DNA from: Catajapyx aquilonaris
Taxonomy: Eukaryota
Reading direction: 5' to 3'
Assembly: GCA_000934665.2 (NCBI GenBank)
Contig: JYFJ02003087.1
Location: forward strand, 1-46,518
DNA length: 46,518 nucleotides
Shown: in pieces, positions 1 to 11,244 of the stretch
How the letters are laid out: each line of letters starts with the position of its first letter
Position numbering within the stretch: the first letter of the stretch is position 1
Position numbers and translations under genes: made by a program
Notes under the pieces: generated by a model
What the model was told of the DNA's origin: nothing
The model's input: only the letters and a program-made list of their open reading frames with translations
Database searches by the model: none

Positions 1-400
1 ATGAAGGAGGAGGAGATTGTGAAGAAGGTTTATATGGGTGGAGTAGTTGGTAAGAGGGGCAAGGGTAGGCCTAGGAAGACATGGTTGGACCAGGTTGCTA
101 GTGTTAAGCCGAGACATTCTTGTGTCAATAGGACCATGGACGTGGCTGAGGCTAGGGTTGTTTGTTTGGATAGGTGTAAATGGCGTAGGTTAATTAATGG
201 GTAAATAGGTAAATATGTCTGAGGATAAGGTGATGTCTGAGGTGGGCAGGGGTGGGGGGTGGGACAGGTTGTTTTTAGGTTCTTTCTCATGAGTTTTATT
301 AGTTCATATGTTGGGTTAGCTTGCATCTCCCTTCATCGCTGACTACCCCTCATAGGGAAATGTCGTGATGTTGTTGTTGTTGTTGTTGTTGTTGTTGTAT
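1..400 (+). mobile_element. 3' end of an RTE-clade non-LINE-1 retrotransposon (C-terminal ORF end, 3' UTR, microsatellite tail)
   Basis: ORF 1-204 (VKKVYMGGVVGKRGKGRPRKTWLDQV...CLDRCKWR) matches the G-x-R-x-x-GRP-x-x-x-W-x-D and DR-x-x-W pattern of RTE LINE C-termini. It is followed by a short 3' UTR with a CCC-n4-GGG stem (ccctcataggg) and a (GTT)n tail. The element continues beyond the left edge. Confidence 0.75.
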
Positions 401-436
401 TATTATTATTATTATCATCATCATCATCATCATCAT
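370..436. repeat. Compound trinucleotide microsatellite (GTT)n-(ATT)n-(ATC)n
   Basis: Directly visible; it forms the LINE tail. Confidence 0.95.
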
Positions 437-577
437 GCCATTAATTTTAAATGAATGTGGCTTGTGAGAGACACCTTTACCTGCAGGGACAACACAACTG
501 CCGCCCCTTCGGCTGCCGTGAATTTAGAGAGGCAAGCATCTGATGACAACTTGTGTTCAATCAGCACGTGTACGGAT

Positions 578-2111
578 ATGTATTTCAGAGGGGGAGGCAC
601 TGAGGATTCCTCAAGTGGCAGCAGCTCAGTTGCGGAAGAACCACTGAAGGTCGTAGAGCTTTACTGCGGCATCGGAGGGATGCACTACGCCTTAGAAAGT
701 GAGTCGCTAATCTTATTGTCTTGAAGGAAAATAGCCTCATTTTCTCCTTTCTCTGCTTTCAACAGAAGCGGGATTGAATGCAGAGGTGGTTTGCGCCATG
801 GACATCAATAATGTGACCAACTCTGTGTACAAGCGCAACTTCACAGAGACCAAACTACTTGCCAAAAATCTTGAGTCAATCACCGCGGAGGATATCAACA
901 GATATCAGCCTGATATGATAATGGCCAGTCCGCCCTGCCAGCCATTCACACGGTGAGTTATAAGTTCAGTTTATAGAACAGCCTGTGTTGCATTATGAAG
1001 CCATGAATACAGAGTTACAGACACAATTCATGATAACATAAAAGTTGATCAGACTAACTACTTCTTATGCATCAGAGATGTACTGATTGATCCATTGCCA
1101 ATTATTGTCTCGATGCTTCCAGTAATGGCAAGAAACTGGATGACAAGGATCCCCGTGCAGCATCCCTGCTCCACCTGATAGAGCTGATTCCTCAACTGGA
1201 TGAATGTGTGCGCTACATTCTGATGGAGAACGTGGCTGGATTTGACTGCTCCAACACTCACTCCCTGCTAAAGAAGGAGTTGGAAGAGAGCAAGTTCAAA
1301 ACGCAAGAGTTTCTTCTCAGCCCGCATGTGTTTGGAATCCCGAATTCACGTCTCAGATACTACCTTCTTGCCAAGAGGGATGGTACTTTTTCCTTCCCGG
1401 ATGCCAGTGGAGTTAGTACACTTTTTGTGGTCTGGATGGACACCTTTTTTAGACGAGTGCACTTTTTCTTGCCTCAGATCAATTATCACCCTTCTGTGTT
1501 TCTCAATGCAAGTGCCTCTTACTTTGCAGCTCCACACTACACTTCCCTATGGCCAGCCCGGCATGAAATGCGTGTCCGATCTCCTGGAGCAGCTCAAACT
1601 GCACTGGACTGAAGGTGAATGGGAACACTGCCTTCCCATTGGCCACTTCATTGATCACCCCCGGGACAGTGTCAAAGGATTTGACATTCCTGGAGAGATC
1701 CTTCGGGACAAAGGACACCTGATGGATGTGGTATCTCCAGACTCTCACCGTTCCTGCTGCTTCACCCGTGCCTACACTCGCTACATCGAAGGGACTGGGT
1801 CCGTGTTGCAGGAACCTACCAAATTCACACGTTACTTCACTCCCACGGAGGTGGCGCGAATAATGGGGTTTCCGGAAGAATTCGACATGCAGGACATGAA
1901 CCTCAGACAAAGTTACAAAGCCCTCGGTAACAGCCTTAGCGTGGTGACTGTGGCAGTCCTGGCCCTCATGCTGCTGCAGGAACCAGAGGAAGGCCAGGAG
2001 CCAAGGAAGACACGGAAACAACAGGCCGGACTAAAAAATAAAACAAACACGAGTGTGCAGCTCAGGAGCACCCAAAAGCTGGATTCCAAAGTTCCGACCA
2101 AGCGACACTAA
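578..2111 (+). CDS. TRDMT1: tRNA (cytosine-38-C5)-methyltransferase DNMT2; exons ~578-698, 766-952, 1123-1411, 1530-2111
   Basis: C5-MTase motifs I (ELYCGIGG), IV (SPPCQPFTR), VI (MENV), VIII (PNSRLRYY) and X (LGNS) are present, plus the DNMT2-specific CFT motif (SCCFTRAYTRYIEGTGS). GT-AG introns join in phase. The start codon is uncertain (578, 455, or an upstream exon via tttcag at 583-588). Confidence 0.93.
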
Positions 2112-2461
2112 CGCTGAAAATCGAGACAATTCATCGCAGGAATGGAAGACACTGCAGTTTTTACCCGAACGTATTGTTGCATATGATGTGAGAATGTGAA
2201 ATATATTTANGTAATAATTGCGTAATTATTTCGCGTGAATGGCTAAGTTGGTACCCCTGACGTTCTAGGGTATTGCAGCTGGAAGTTGCAGCCAGAATCA
2301 CTCCGGTGTGTACTGTACGGTCTGTAGCAGATTTGAAGAGAATACTTTTGCAGTCAATGACATACTTCATGTACTCATTGCAATAACGACTGGTTATGTC
2401 GTTTGTATTGTCCAGTACCGTATGGGGAAATACGGTATATTTAATTACGGTTTTTAAAAAT

Positions 2462-2508
2462 ATCTGTTGGCTCCCCTGCTCTGAAGATCTGTTGGCTCCC
2501 CTGCTCTG
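2462..2508. repeat. Tandem duplication of atctgttggctcccctgctctg (22 bp x2, 25-bp period)
   Basis: Exact copies at 2462-2483 and 2487-2508. Confidence 0.9.
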
Positions 2509-2608
2509 GCCCTCTGTCGGAGCTAGCTGGAACTAATTTCGTTCCGACTTCGAGGCGAATAGAACACTTGAGCAGAACACGCTTGAGAGACAAACAAATC
2601 CGAAAGAG

Positions 2609-3023
2609 ATGGCAGCGGTTCATTCCCCGGCGGCCAGCGACGTCCCGCAGATGGTCGACGGGAAGGAGCCGACGGAGGGGAGTGTGGCCGACGACCCCAT
2701 GAACGACGAGAAGCTGGCCAGGTCTGGAAAAAAAATCATGATGACAATCAGAATGTGGAGGGAGACAGAATAATGTCTTAAGGCTCCATTTTTATGGCAG
2801 ATTGGCTGAGGAGGAACTGCTCCAGGAGGCGAAACGCGGCGCTGCGAGGGCCGAACAGATGGGACCGGCTGGATGGCAGAAGTGTCCGGTGAAGGGACCC
2901 AACAAGCGGTTCATGACCAACACCATGATCGGAGTATTGCATTCCAACAGGCCCAGGATGACTGCCGGACGGAAGAGGGATTCCCAGGGGGAGCCTATTT
3001 CTAGAGATAAATATGACAGATAA
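2609..3023 (+). CDS. Small protein similar to 'protein POLR1D isoform 2' (not the RPAC2/AC19 polymerase subunit); exons 2609-2721, 2801-3023
   Basis: Spliced product ...MNDEKLARLAEEELLQEAKRGAARAEQMGPAGWQKCPVKGPNKRFMTNTM resembles, from recall, human isoform 2 (ELERKAIEELLKEAKRGKTRAETMGPMGWMKCPLASTNKRFLINTI). Phase-2 GT-AG intron at 2722-2800. In-frame ATGs at 2609, 2651 and 2699. Confidence 0.8.
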
Positions 3024-3179
3024 ATGCTTCTCCCTGCATTTGTAAAGAGAAAAAAAATTGCACATAGAATGGGAGAAATCCACCGCCTGGTTTGTAATAT
3101 CAAATATTGTAATTTTACTCTGTAATAATTCTTAAAAAAAGGAAATTTCAAGTTACAATGTACATTTATCATTTTTATT

Positions 3180-5717
3180 TTATGTCGGTACACTTCCAGC
3201 CTCGTAGAAAATGCATGACAAAGCGTGGAATTCAGGTGGCGAATCATTTTGGGTTGCCCTGTGGTTGATGTACTTGATGAAACGGAGCGTGTCCTTGTCT
3301 CTGTACACCAAAGCCAGTGCGTTGTGCGAAGGAAACACCGTCAGCAACTGCAAGTAACATTTTCTCTACATTAACAGATCTCGGTTAAACATTTGAATTC
3401 CTATTAGTTTGCGCAGGTCCAAGTGCTATTAAACCCAAGTGTTCAGAAGGCAATGGGAACGATGCAAAATTATAGTGAAACCTGAATGCATAGTGCGGAA
3501 AACTAAACGATGATCTGACGTCATCATTTTGTGCTCATGCAACAATAGGCATAAACAATGCTCTTTTTGTTGACACTGTTTACTCATATTGTTGTGTGAC
3601 GTCAGATCGTCGTTTCGTTTTCCACACAGTAGCAGAAATCTTAGGTCTGATCCAAATCATTGCTGTGAACCTGGAGAAGCATTAGATAATGCAAATCACC
3701 ACTGTACCTCTTCCTCCTCCTCCTTAGCAACGTAGGCAGTGTAACCTCCAAACTCGGGTTCCCAGTCCTCGCAGTTGAAGAAGAGGGAAACATCCAGCTC
3801 ACTCTCCTTGCTCTGCCCCTGCTCATGGTCATGTATCATTGTGTACGAACCATGCTGCCACCTCTGCCACTCGCAGCTGCACTTGCCCATGTCGGGAGCG
3901 TCAGCGTCACCACTGCCTCCAGCATCCTCTCCTGAGCCGGCATCTGGATGGAGGGTGAGTCCCGTCAGTTTGGATAGGAGCAAGAACATGGCCTCGGACC
4001 TCAGCACTTTTCTGCATTTGTTCAGAATGTCTGGAAGTTCTTCTGCTTGTACATGGTAGCTCCTGCATTGATGGGAAGGCAAACTATTTGTTGTCACTTC
4101 ATCTTTTGCTTACTGTACTGGATGTAATAGTCACAAGGCAATGCTCACCTGCGATTGGCAGGTCCTTTGTGAGTCCAAGAGAGGCGCTTATCCTGTAATG
4201 CTTCAGTCACCATCTGAAGGGGCTCCGGGTTCAGGAAGTCCTGAAGGCAAATCTCAGAGTCGTTTTCAAACTTCTCGCGGATTGACTCCTGAATCTCCGA
4301 CTTCAGGTACTCGCAGTTGATCCACTCAGCAAACATTAGTTCCTGGAAGGCGTTCACGTTAACAGCAAATTTTCAGTCAATTTCTAGTAGACTTTTTAAG
4401 AATGATAAGTTAGAATGATAAAATTCCCGTTTCAAGCATAATGCGAACATTCACACAGCCATTCCTTTCAGCAATTAAATAACAAAAAAGGAGCTTCTAA
4501 AGGTCTAATTCAGAAAATGAAGCGGCTGTGAAAATGAACTTCAATGAATATTGTTTGCGCTTTCACACAGGTTGTGGCATATGTAATGTTCGCCTTTTGT
4601 ATATCTTACGTCCACTTGTTCAGGCGAAGTAATGGGAAGCTTTGGCTCAATCCATGGCTTAGGTCGAGGAACAGATTCTCCGTGAAACCAACCACTGATG
4701 GACAGGCGACTTGACTCAGTTGTCAATACTTCTGAAACCTTTGTAGAAAAATGGCTGTTACAAATAATGGCATTCCACGGATATCATCCAGTAAGCTTTC
4801 AAGTCACCTGATGAAATGAGATTGGCGTTACTTCAAAAAATGCAAATCTGTTCCATCCAGGCAGAATAGATTCAGCCACATCCTTTGGTTGGCCATTCTC
4901 TGGAAAGTGCAAAATTTACAAATTAGATGGAAAAGCAGAACATGCTCCAAGACCTACACAGCTTAAGTTGAACCAATGATTTTAAATAATTTTTCACTCA
5001 AAATTAATGCCACATCTTACCATCTCTGTTGAATAAGTCCAGTGTTCCTCCATCATCTTTAGCCCAACTGGGTGTCGTAAGGTACAAAATGAAAGCAATT
5101 CGTCTCCCTTCAAGCTCATCATCATGGCAAAGAAGCACATCTGAAAGAATTCAAGCACTTTACTTAGACTGTACTTAGGAAAGACATTTCTCATTGCTTT
5201 TTTTTAACAACAGTAACTTAGCTCAGTATGGCTGAGTTTAATGATTACCTCCGTAGTTGTAGATGGAGCAAGCCATGTCAACCTTGTCATCCAACCGAAT
5301 CCCGGTCACGTCCTGTACCCACCCTCTGAAGTCGCTGTACAGTAACTTCCGGAGGCCCTGTACACATGGCGACTCCACCTTGCCTAAATCGCCTGACTGG
5401 TGGAAAGTGTAGAGATCGTTGTTCTTCTCCTCCATTCCCAACTGTTGAAGCTCTTCGGTCAGGGACTCCACAAAGTCCAACTCCTGAATAAACTCATCCA
5501 GCACGCAGCATGTGAACGGCTCGTTCAGGACCCTCACATCCGGTGCAGTCTCATGAGTCTGCTGCTGCCATGCCGACCTCACCGTCTCCTTCGTAGCGTC
5601 AGACAGAAGATGCGGATTCAAGTGGCCCAACGTGACGCCAACAGACACCCTCTGCGCCTTGGCCTTTCCCTTCCCACGGCCTCCATCTTCTGATGACCTC
5701 TTCTTGCTCGATTCCAT
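3180..5717 (-). CDS. OGFOD1: Prolyl 3-hydroxylase OGFOD1 (Tpa1/sudestada1 family); exons 5717-5249, 5140-5021, 4899-4808, 4738-4610, 4342-4149, 4062-3708, 3347-3180
   Basis: 2OG-Fe(II) HxD motif ([19 protein letters not shown]), distal His (SFHQVSEV), [15 protein letters not shown], and C-terminal [19 protein letters not shown]. All introns are GT-AG and in phase. Confidence 0.95.
3493..3627. mobile_element. Fold-back MITE-like element in the last OGFOD1 intron
   Basis: gtgcggaaaactaaacgatgatctgacgtca (3493-3523) is inverted against tgacgtcagatcgtcgtttcgttttccacac (3597-3627) with 3 mismatches. A second, inner imperfect inverted repeat is also present. Confidence 0.7.
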
Positions 5718-5869
5718 ATCCTAGGAGGAAAAATAATGAATTAATTATTGAAAGAAAACATGTTAACCGCCAGTGGGAGGTTAACATGTTTTTCTCCCTA
5801 GCCTTTTAAATTACTGGAAGATGAATATCTACTCAGGGTAACAAATACATTGGACAGTACATGCCGCGC

Positions 5870-6205
5870 AATTTACCTGCCAACAAGTGCTAATTACTGA
5901 ATAATTAAGCCAACTTGCAACAACCCACGAGGTCGCCTTTGCCGGGTGATGATATCGAAATATGACCTGCTGAATACGAACCACTTACAATAAAACAAAT
6001 TGGTTTACAACTTACTTATTTTATTTTCTCTTAAGTTTTTCAATATTGGTTATAAAACCAGCTGTAATTACTAACTGTTATTATTTAATTAATTTTGATT
6101 CCTATCGATTGCATTATTGGTGTATCGTTGAAAACTGAACATGGCGGACATTAATTGGGCGTGAAAATTATTTATTTGACATTTTTGGCCACTTAGCAGG
6201 TAAGC
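5870..6205. promoter_or_regulatory. Probable bidirectional promoter / non-coding first exons of OGFOD1 and EXOC3
   Basis: Head-to-head ATGs ~740 bp apart. Outward-facing donors: gcag|gtaaat on - (~5876) and gcag|gtaagc on + (~6200). AT-rich core with a DRE-like TATCGATT at 6103-6110 and a YY1/Pho-like AACATGGCGG at 6138-6147. Confidence 0.6.
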
Positions 6206-6318
6206 TGACATTTGCCATATGCATTAAACATTTGAAAATAATACACTTAAACCTGGCATGTTAAATATGTGATTTAATAATGTGCAAAGACACTTGTGTG
6301 GGTAAAGATGACGTTGAT

Positions 6319-6437
6319 TACATTCATTCATTACATGATATTCATGACATTCATGGCAATCTCCGTAATCATTACATTCATGACAATCATTACATGACAT
6401 TCATGGCAATCATTACATTTATGATAATCATTACATG
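6319..6437. repeat. Degenerate minisatellite, unit ~cattacattcatgrcaat
   Basis: Repeated cattacat/attcatg/caat words lie just upstream of the EXOC3 first coding exon. They explain the His/Asp/Ile-rich spurious ORF at 6280-6480. Confidence 0.75.
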
Positions 6438-6454
6438 TTCAGCTGTACAGCATA

Positions 6455-9248
6455 ATGGACCTGGAACGTTTGGAGTGTGAGGCGAAGGCGACGGCTGCCA
6501 AACATGTTGCTAACATGCTTCAGAGACCGGATCAGCTGGAAAAGGTGGGTTGCCTTATTGCAGCGTCTTTTGATTGAACGCGGCTCATCTTGATGTGTGG
6601 TTTCAGGTGGAGCAGTACAAGAAGCAGGTGAGTCGCAAGAAGGCTTCGGTTGAAGCTATGCTGAAGACGGCCATGCAGAGCCAGCTGGATGGGGTCCGAA
6701 GTGGGCTTAATCAACTGGAGGTCGCCTTGGAAGATGTCAGGGCTATTAACAAAAAGTATGCAGTTCAGTCTAGTATGAACCCACCAAAGCAACTAATGGT
6801 GTTTCCTTATAGTTTGCAAGAGGTGGATGAGTCCTTGAAGGAACTTCCGTCATTATGCAGCAAGCTGAAGGAAGTGCGGGAGGAGAATGCTCGGTACTCA
6901 CAGTATGCGACAGCCATGGAGAATCTGAAGCACATCTTCAATCTTCGCGAGAATGTTCAAAAGACCAAGGAGTGGATTCAGAAGGGAGACTTACTTCATG
7001 CTCACCAGTACCTCACCGAACTGGAAACATCTCGTAACGATATGCTGTTTGAGCTCTATCACCTCCCCAGCAGCCTGGACCAGAACATGCTGAAGGCTTA
7101 CTTTGTGGAAGTGGACCAGCTGTCTGAAATGCTGGCTTCACTCCTTTGGGAGAAGTTGTCTGGCACACTAGACCTGGTGCTGCTTAATCCCACTTTAGTA
7201 GTGAGTGTCTTGCGTGTTGTTGAGCGGGAGGAGAGAGCAGACAGAGTTGCCATGCAGCAGCACAAGCAAACTGGCTTCTTGGCTCCAGCAAGACCCAAGT
7301 TGTGGAAGGACAAGGCCCTGAAGGTGATGTTGAAAGACGTGGAGAACCGAATAGCTCTGGGCAACAAGCTGAAGTCGAGGGAAGAGGATAAGCTGTGGCT
7401 GGTTAAGCACCTGGAACTCACAAGGCAGAGGATACTCAAAGATCTGCTTACCGTCAAATTTAAGTGCTCAGTCTGCTTCCCACCTGGATGGTACATAGAG
7501 AAGGTCTACCTGCAGATGTATCATGACTGCTTGGGACAACATGTTAGTTTTTTCACTTGATTAACACTTTGCGTTTAGCATTATAAGCAGCATGAATGTG
7601 AAACACTGCTGTTTCAGTTGAAGAAGGTGATTCGACAGGGCCTTCATGGCAGCGAATATGTGACCATGTTGTCATGGGTGATGAACACATATCCAGGACT
7701 GGAATTACTGCAGTCGCCCGAGTTGGACTTTGATTCATCCCATTTAGAGCCACTGCTGGATAATACGCAGATTGAGGAGCTCGTCACAATATATCTTTCC
7801 GTAAGTGTACTGAAACAAAGATGGAGTGTGAGAGAAGAAGAATATTTGTGCCCATTAACATTGAGATTCCTTCCATTTTGTGGGTCTAGATATGATCGTT
7901 TCTTTCTGATATTGTATTTTGAAGGAAAATTAGGAAACTGCAGGAGAGAAAAATTTCTAAGGATTTTTTTTTGTCTATCTCCAGTTTTTGTGCTGCCAAA
8001 ATTCTTGTTTCTTGTCATTAATATTGTAAGAATTGCTTCGACCTTTGCTTCCAGAATGTGGAGAAGAACTACTCAGAATGGATGAAAAAGACCCTTGCTC
8101 AGGAAGAACAGGACTGGTGGGCTGGTTCCCCTCCGGAGAGAGATCCCCAGGGCTTCTTCCACACAGGCACCCCGATCATAGTCTTCCAAATGGTGGATCA
8201 GAATCTGCAGGCTGCCAGGCGTATTGGACAGGACGTTTCCCTCCGAGCACTCCTGTCAGGGATGGATGCCATTGCTCAATATGGACATCTTTACAGGGTG
8301 GGGGTGTCTGAATTTAAGCGCAGGCATTTTGAGGACCGCAGCCAGGTGCCCTATTTCACCCATTACATGATTGCAATAGCCAACAACTGCATTCACTTCA
8401 TGGAGTTGGCCCAGCAGATCAAGCAGCGATACTGGAAGCCTGGACATCATGATAATGATGTCGGAAAAAAATATGAGTTGCTAATGAGCACATTTCAGGT
8501 GAGTTCATAGGCGTAACATTGATTTTCTAAAGACAGTTGGTCACCAATTTATATTTTCTTTTAACTTTCCTTCCAGAACCTGAGAAATGAAGTTGGCGGA
8601 TATCTCCTGGAGGAGGCTTTCCTGGACTTAGAACCACATTTTCAGAGCCTAGTGACACGTCCCTGGCTTACTAGTCGTGCTCCTATGGACACCATTTGCG
8701 TAACCCTGGAGGATTACTTCCAGGACTATGGTCATCTCAGGCTTCGAAATTTAGAGCATGTTATCAGCGAGGCTCAGAACCTTCTGGCCAAGAAATACAT
8801 AACGGCAGTGCTGCAAAAGAAGGTTACCTTCAAGTCGCAAGATGAACGATCGGAAGCTTCCAGGAAGATAGCACAGGAAGCTGAGCAGCTCAGGCAGTTT
8901 TTCAAGAGGTTCAATGATAGGATAGGCAGAGTGGCCATTGGAGGTGGAGCGGAAGGTGGTGGGGATTGTCCTTTTGCACCCATAGAAGCTGTGGCTGAAG
9001 TCCTAGCTGTGGATGATCCTGAGTTTCTGACTCTAGAACTTCACAGCCTCCTGAAGAAATATCCAGACATGACTCAAGACCATCTGGTTTGTTTGCTAAG
9101 GCTAAGGGGAGACATAGGAAAGCTTGACGTTTGGCAGAGGGCAGCACAAATCATTCCAGAAAAGCAGCCGCAGAAGACAGGTCCTTTGCCAAAGAGCATT
9201 TTCTCGCAGATTCCTGTGTCTGCAAATTTCTTTGGGGCTGCCATTTAG
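6455..9248 (+). CDS. EXOC3: Exocyst complex component 3 (Sec6); exons 6455-6544, 6607-6755, 6813-7542, 7618-7800, 8055-8498, 8577-9248
   Basis: Conserved N-terminus ([47 protein letters not shown]), AMENLKHIF, LRVVEREE, YMIAIANNC, DTICVTLEDYFQDY and KYPD. Introns are in phase. Confidence 0.96.
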
Positions 9249-10985
9249 CTGGTGATATTCACTGAGAATCTGTTTCATGTTCACACTGTATGCAGGGCTG
9301 GTTTTATGAATTTTCACTAGTGTTAGCATTGACATTGATAAAATATTACAATACTGTGTACATAAACATATTTCATAAATTAGGAAAGAGAATACACACA
9401 AAGAAATATATGCAGTAGTTGGTCCCTAATAAACCTTGTCCTGCATACATAAATGTTATAACAGTAATAAAGAAAGCTTAAAATGTTCATGCCTTGGTTA
9501 TGTATGAGAGTAGTGATCATAAAAATAAGGCAGTTTTACAAAAATATTTTTATTAGCTCCTCTATGTACATGGAAAGGTGCAATGAATGGATGACATGTC
9601 ATAACAAGTATTGCATTTTCTTTTTTCTTCTACGTACATTGGAAAGTGAGCAAACCTTTTTGGCTTAACTGTCTCTTCAGTAAATTGCTGTGAGCAGACA
9701 TTGTGCTGCGTTGTTCTACTTATGTGCGTGTTGCAGATGATTCGAAGTCAGTGTAGTGAACTTTTGATTAGCATTCAACTAATGCTCTCTAGATCATGTT
9801 ATGGGGTCAGGTGATCTAACCCAGAGGAAATTCTTGTTCCTATACAGGATCGTACTGCACCCTGGCAATCAGTCTATTCACCATTTATAAATCTATCACG
9901 AATGGCTGGAACGTTATTAGTCAAGTACTTCATGCCTAATCTAAAAAATTTCTTTGCTAAGATAGTGTTACTAATTTTCCATTCGATGTGTTCCCAAGCT
10001 TATTAAAACGTGAGATTTGAATCCAATTCAAGCCATTTTAGTGCGAGGGAGGTCAACAGACAAAGTGGATTCGAGAATTGGCTTCTTTCTCTTTCACTGT
10101 GGCCAATTCTTGCAAGCTTTGGAACACACCTCCATGGATGGTACTGATTTGATGAACGAGAGAGAATGGGGAGAGTCTTGACATTCAAAGGGCTACATTC
10201 TGAATTTTCAATTAACTTTTGAAAACCCAACATCATTATGTCATGCAATCTGGTTAGAAATGCTGGAGAGTTGCAAACACATCACTTTTTTTTTATACAC
10301 ACGCAACAGCCTTCAACTTGGACGAAAATAATTGATTTATCATGAAGCGTGCATGCACCTGTACTGCACAGCATTTGTGATTTTTTAACTACGCCTCCCA
10401 TCAGATAATTATGGGGAAAGTCAGAATTTTGCTATTGATAGTCACAACAGACCTAAGCTCCTCGCTACAGGCTGCGTTTCGAGTTGTGCATGGCCAAAAG
10501 TGGTATTGACATCCCGAGATGCCCCTGATTGAGGTATCACTTGAGTAGGCAGAATTGAAGCAAGCAGAGGGGAAGATACCTCCTGCGCATCTTTTTGGAC
10601 AGTCCCTCAGTGACATGTAAGCAACCTACTAAAAACCGTGATGGAGCTTCTGTCAATCAAAACTGGAACTGTGAAAGCAATGTTTTTCGTGGTCTATTTA
10701 TCACTCGTTTAAGTAGCATTAAGCAATGAACTGTTGAACTCTCTTTTGTGCTATACAACTAATCCTTACTTTCACGATTGAATTGTCAAGAAGGTAGCAA
10801 GAAAATCTGTTGGATGGATTTCATGCACTTAGAAATTAATATTTCTATCTGGTCCCTGGGTGACTGAATCTATGAATATTTCAAGAGCTTTCTGATTGGA
10901 CTTGCTAGGCCAACTTGCCAGCATCAAGCAGGCAATTTTCCAACTAGTGTTGCCAGCTAGTGTTGCTGTACCAAATTCTACATTT

Positions 10986-11244
10986 GAGTCGTGGCGTTTC
11001 AAAAATGGCTATCTTCAACTGGCTCAACTTTTCAGTAGTCACTTTTGATCCTACCATGCTCCCGAAGATAGCTAGCTACCTTCTGAAATTACGACGATTT
11101 TCGCCGCAGCAGAATTATGTGAAGATGGTCATTTTTTGATACTGCTGCTTCAGGAACTAATGTAGTTCCACTCTAGCCAGCAGATGGGGTGGACATTTCA
11201 AAATTCTCATTTTGAAGATAGCCATGTTTGAAACGCCACGACTC
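10986..11244. mobile_element. Non-autonomous DNA transposon (MITE), Sola-like, 259 bp
   Basis: 33-bp terminal inverted repeats (gagtcgtggcgtttcaaaaatggctatcttcaa / ttgaagatagccatgtttgaaacgccacgactc, 1 mismatch), GAG...CTC termini, and a 4-bp duplication ATTT at 10982-10985 and 11245-11248. Confidence 0.85.

Noticed and set aside
1478..1612. Alternative DNMT2 acceptor at 1477
   Set aside because: It leads to a stop at 1612 before the CFT motif; the acceptor at 1529 restores the conserved frame.
578..2111. C5 methyltransferase as part of a restriction-modification or defence system
   Set aside because: It has spliceosomal introns and the DNMT2-specific CFT motif, and no nuclease partner; it is the ordinary tRNA methyltransferase.
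6280..6480. His-rich ORF (HSLHDIHDIH...)
   Set aside because: It is a translation of a degenerate minisatellite in an intron.
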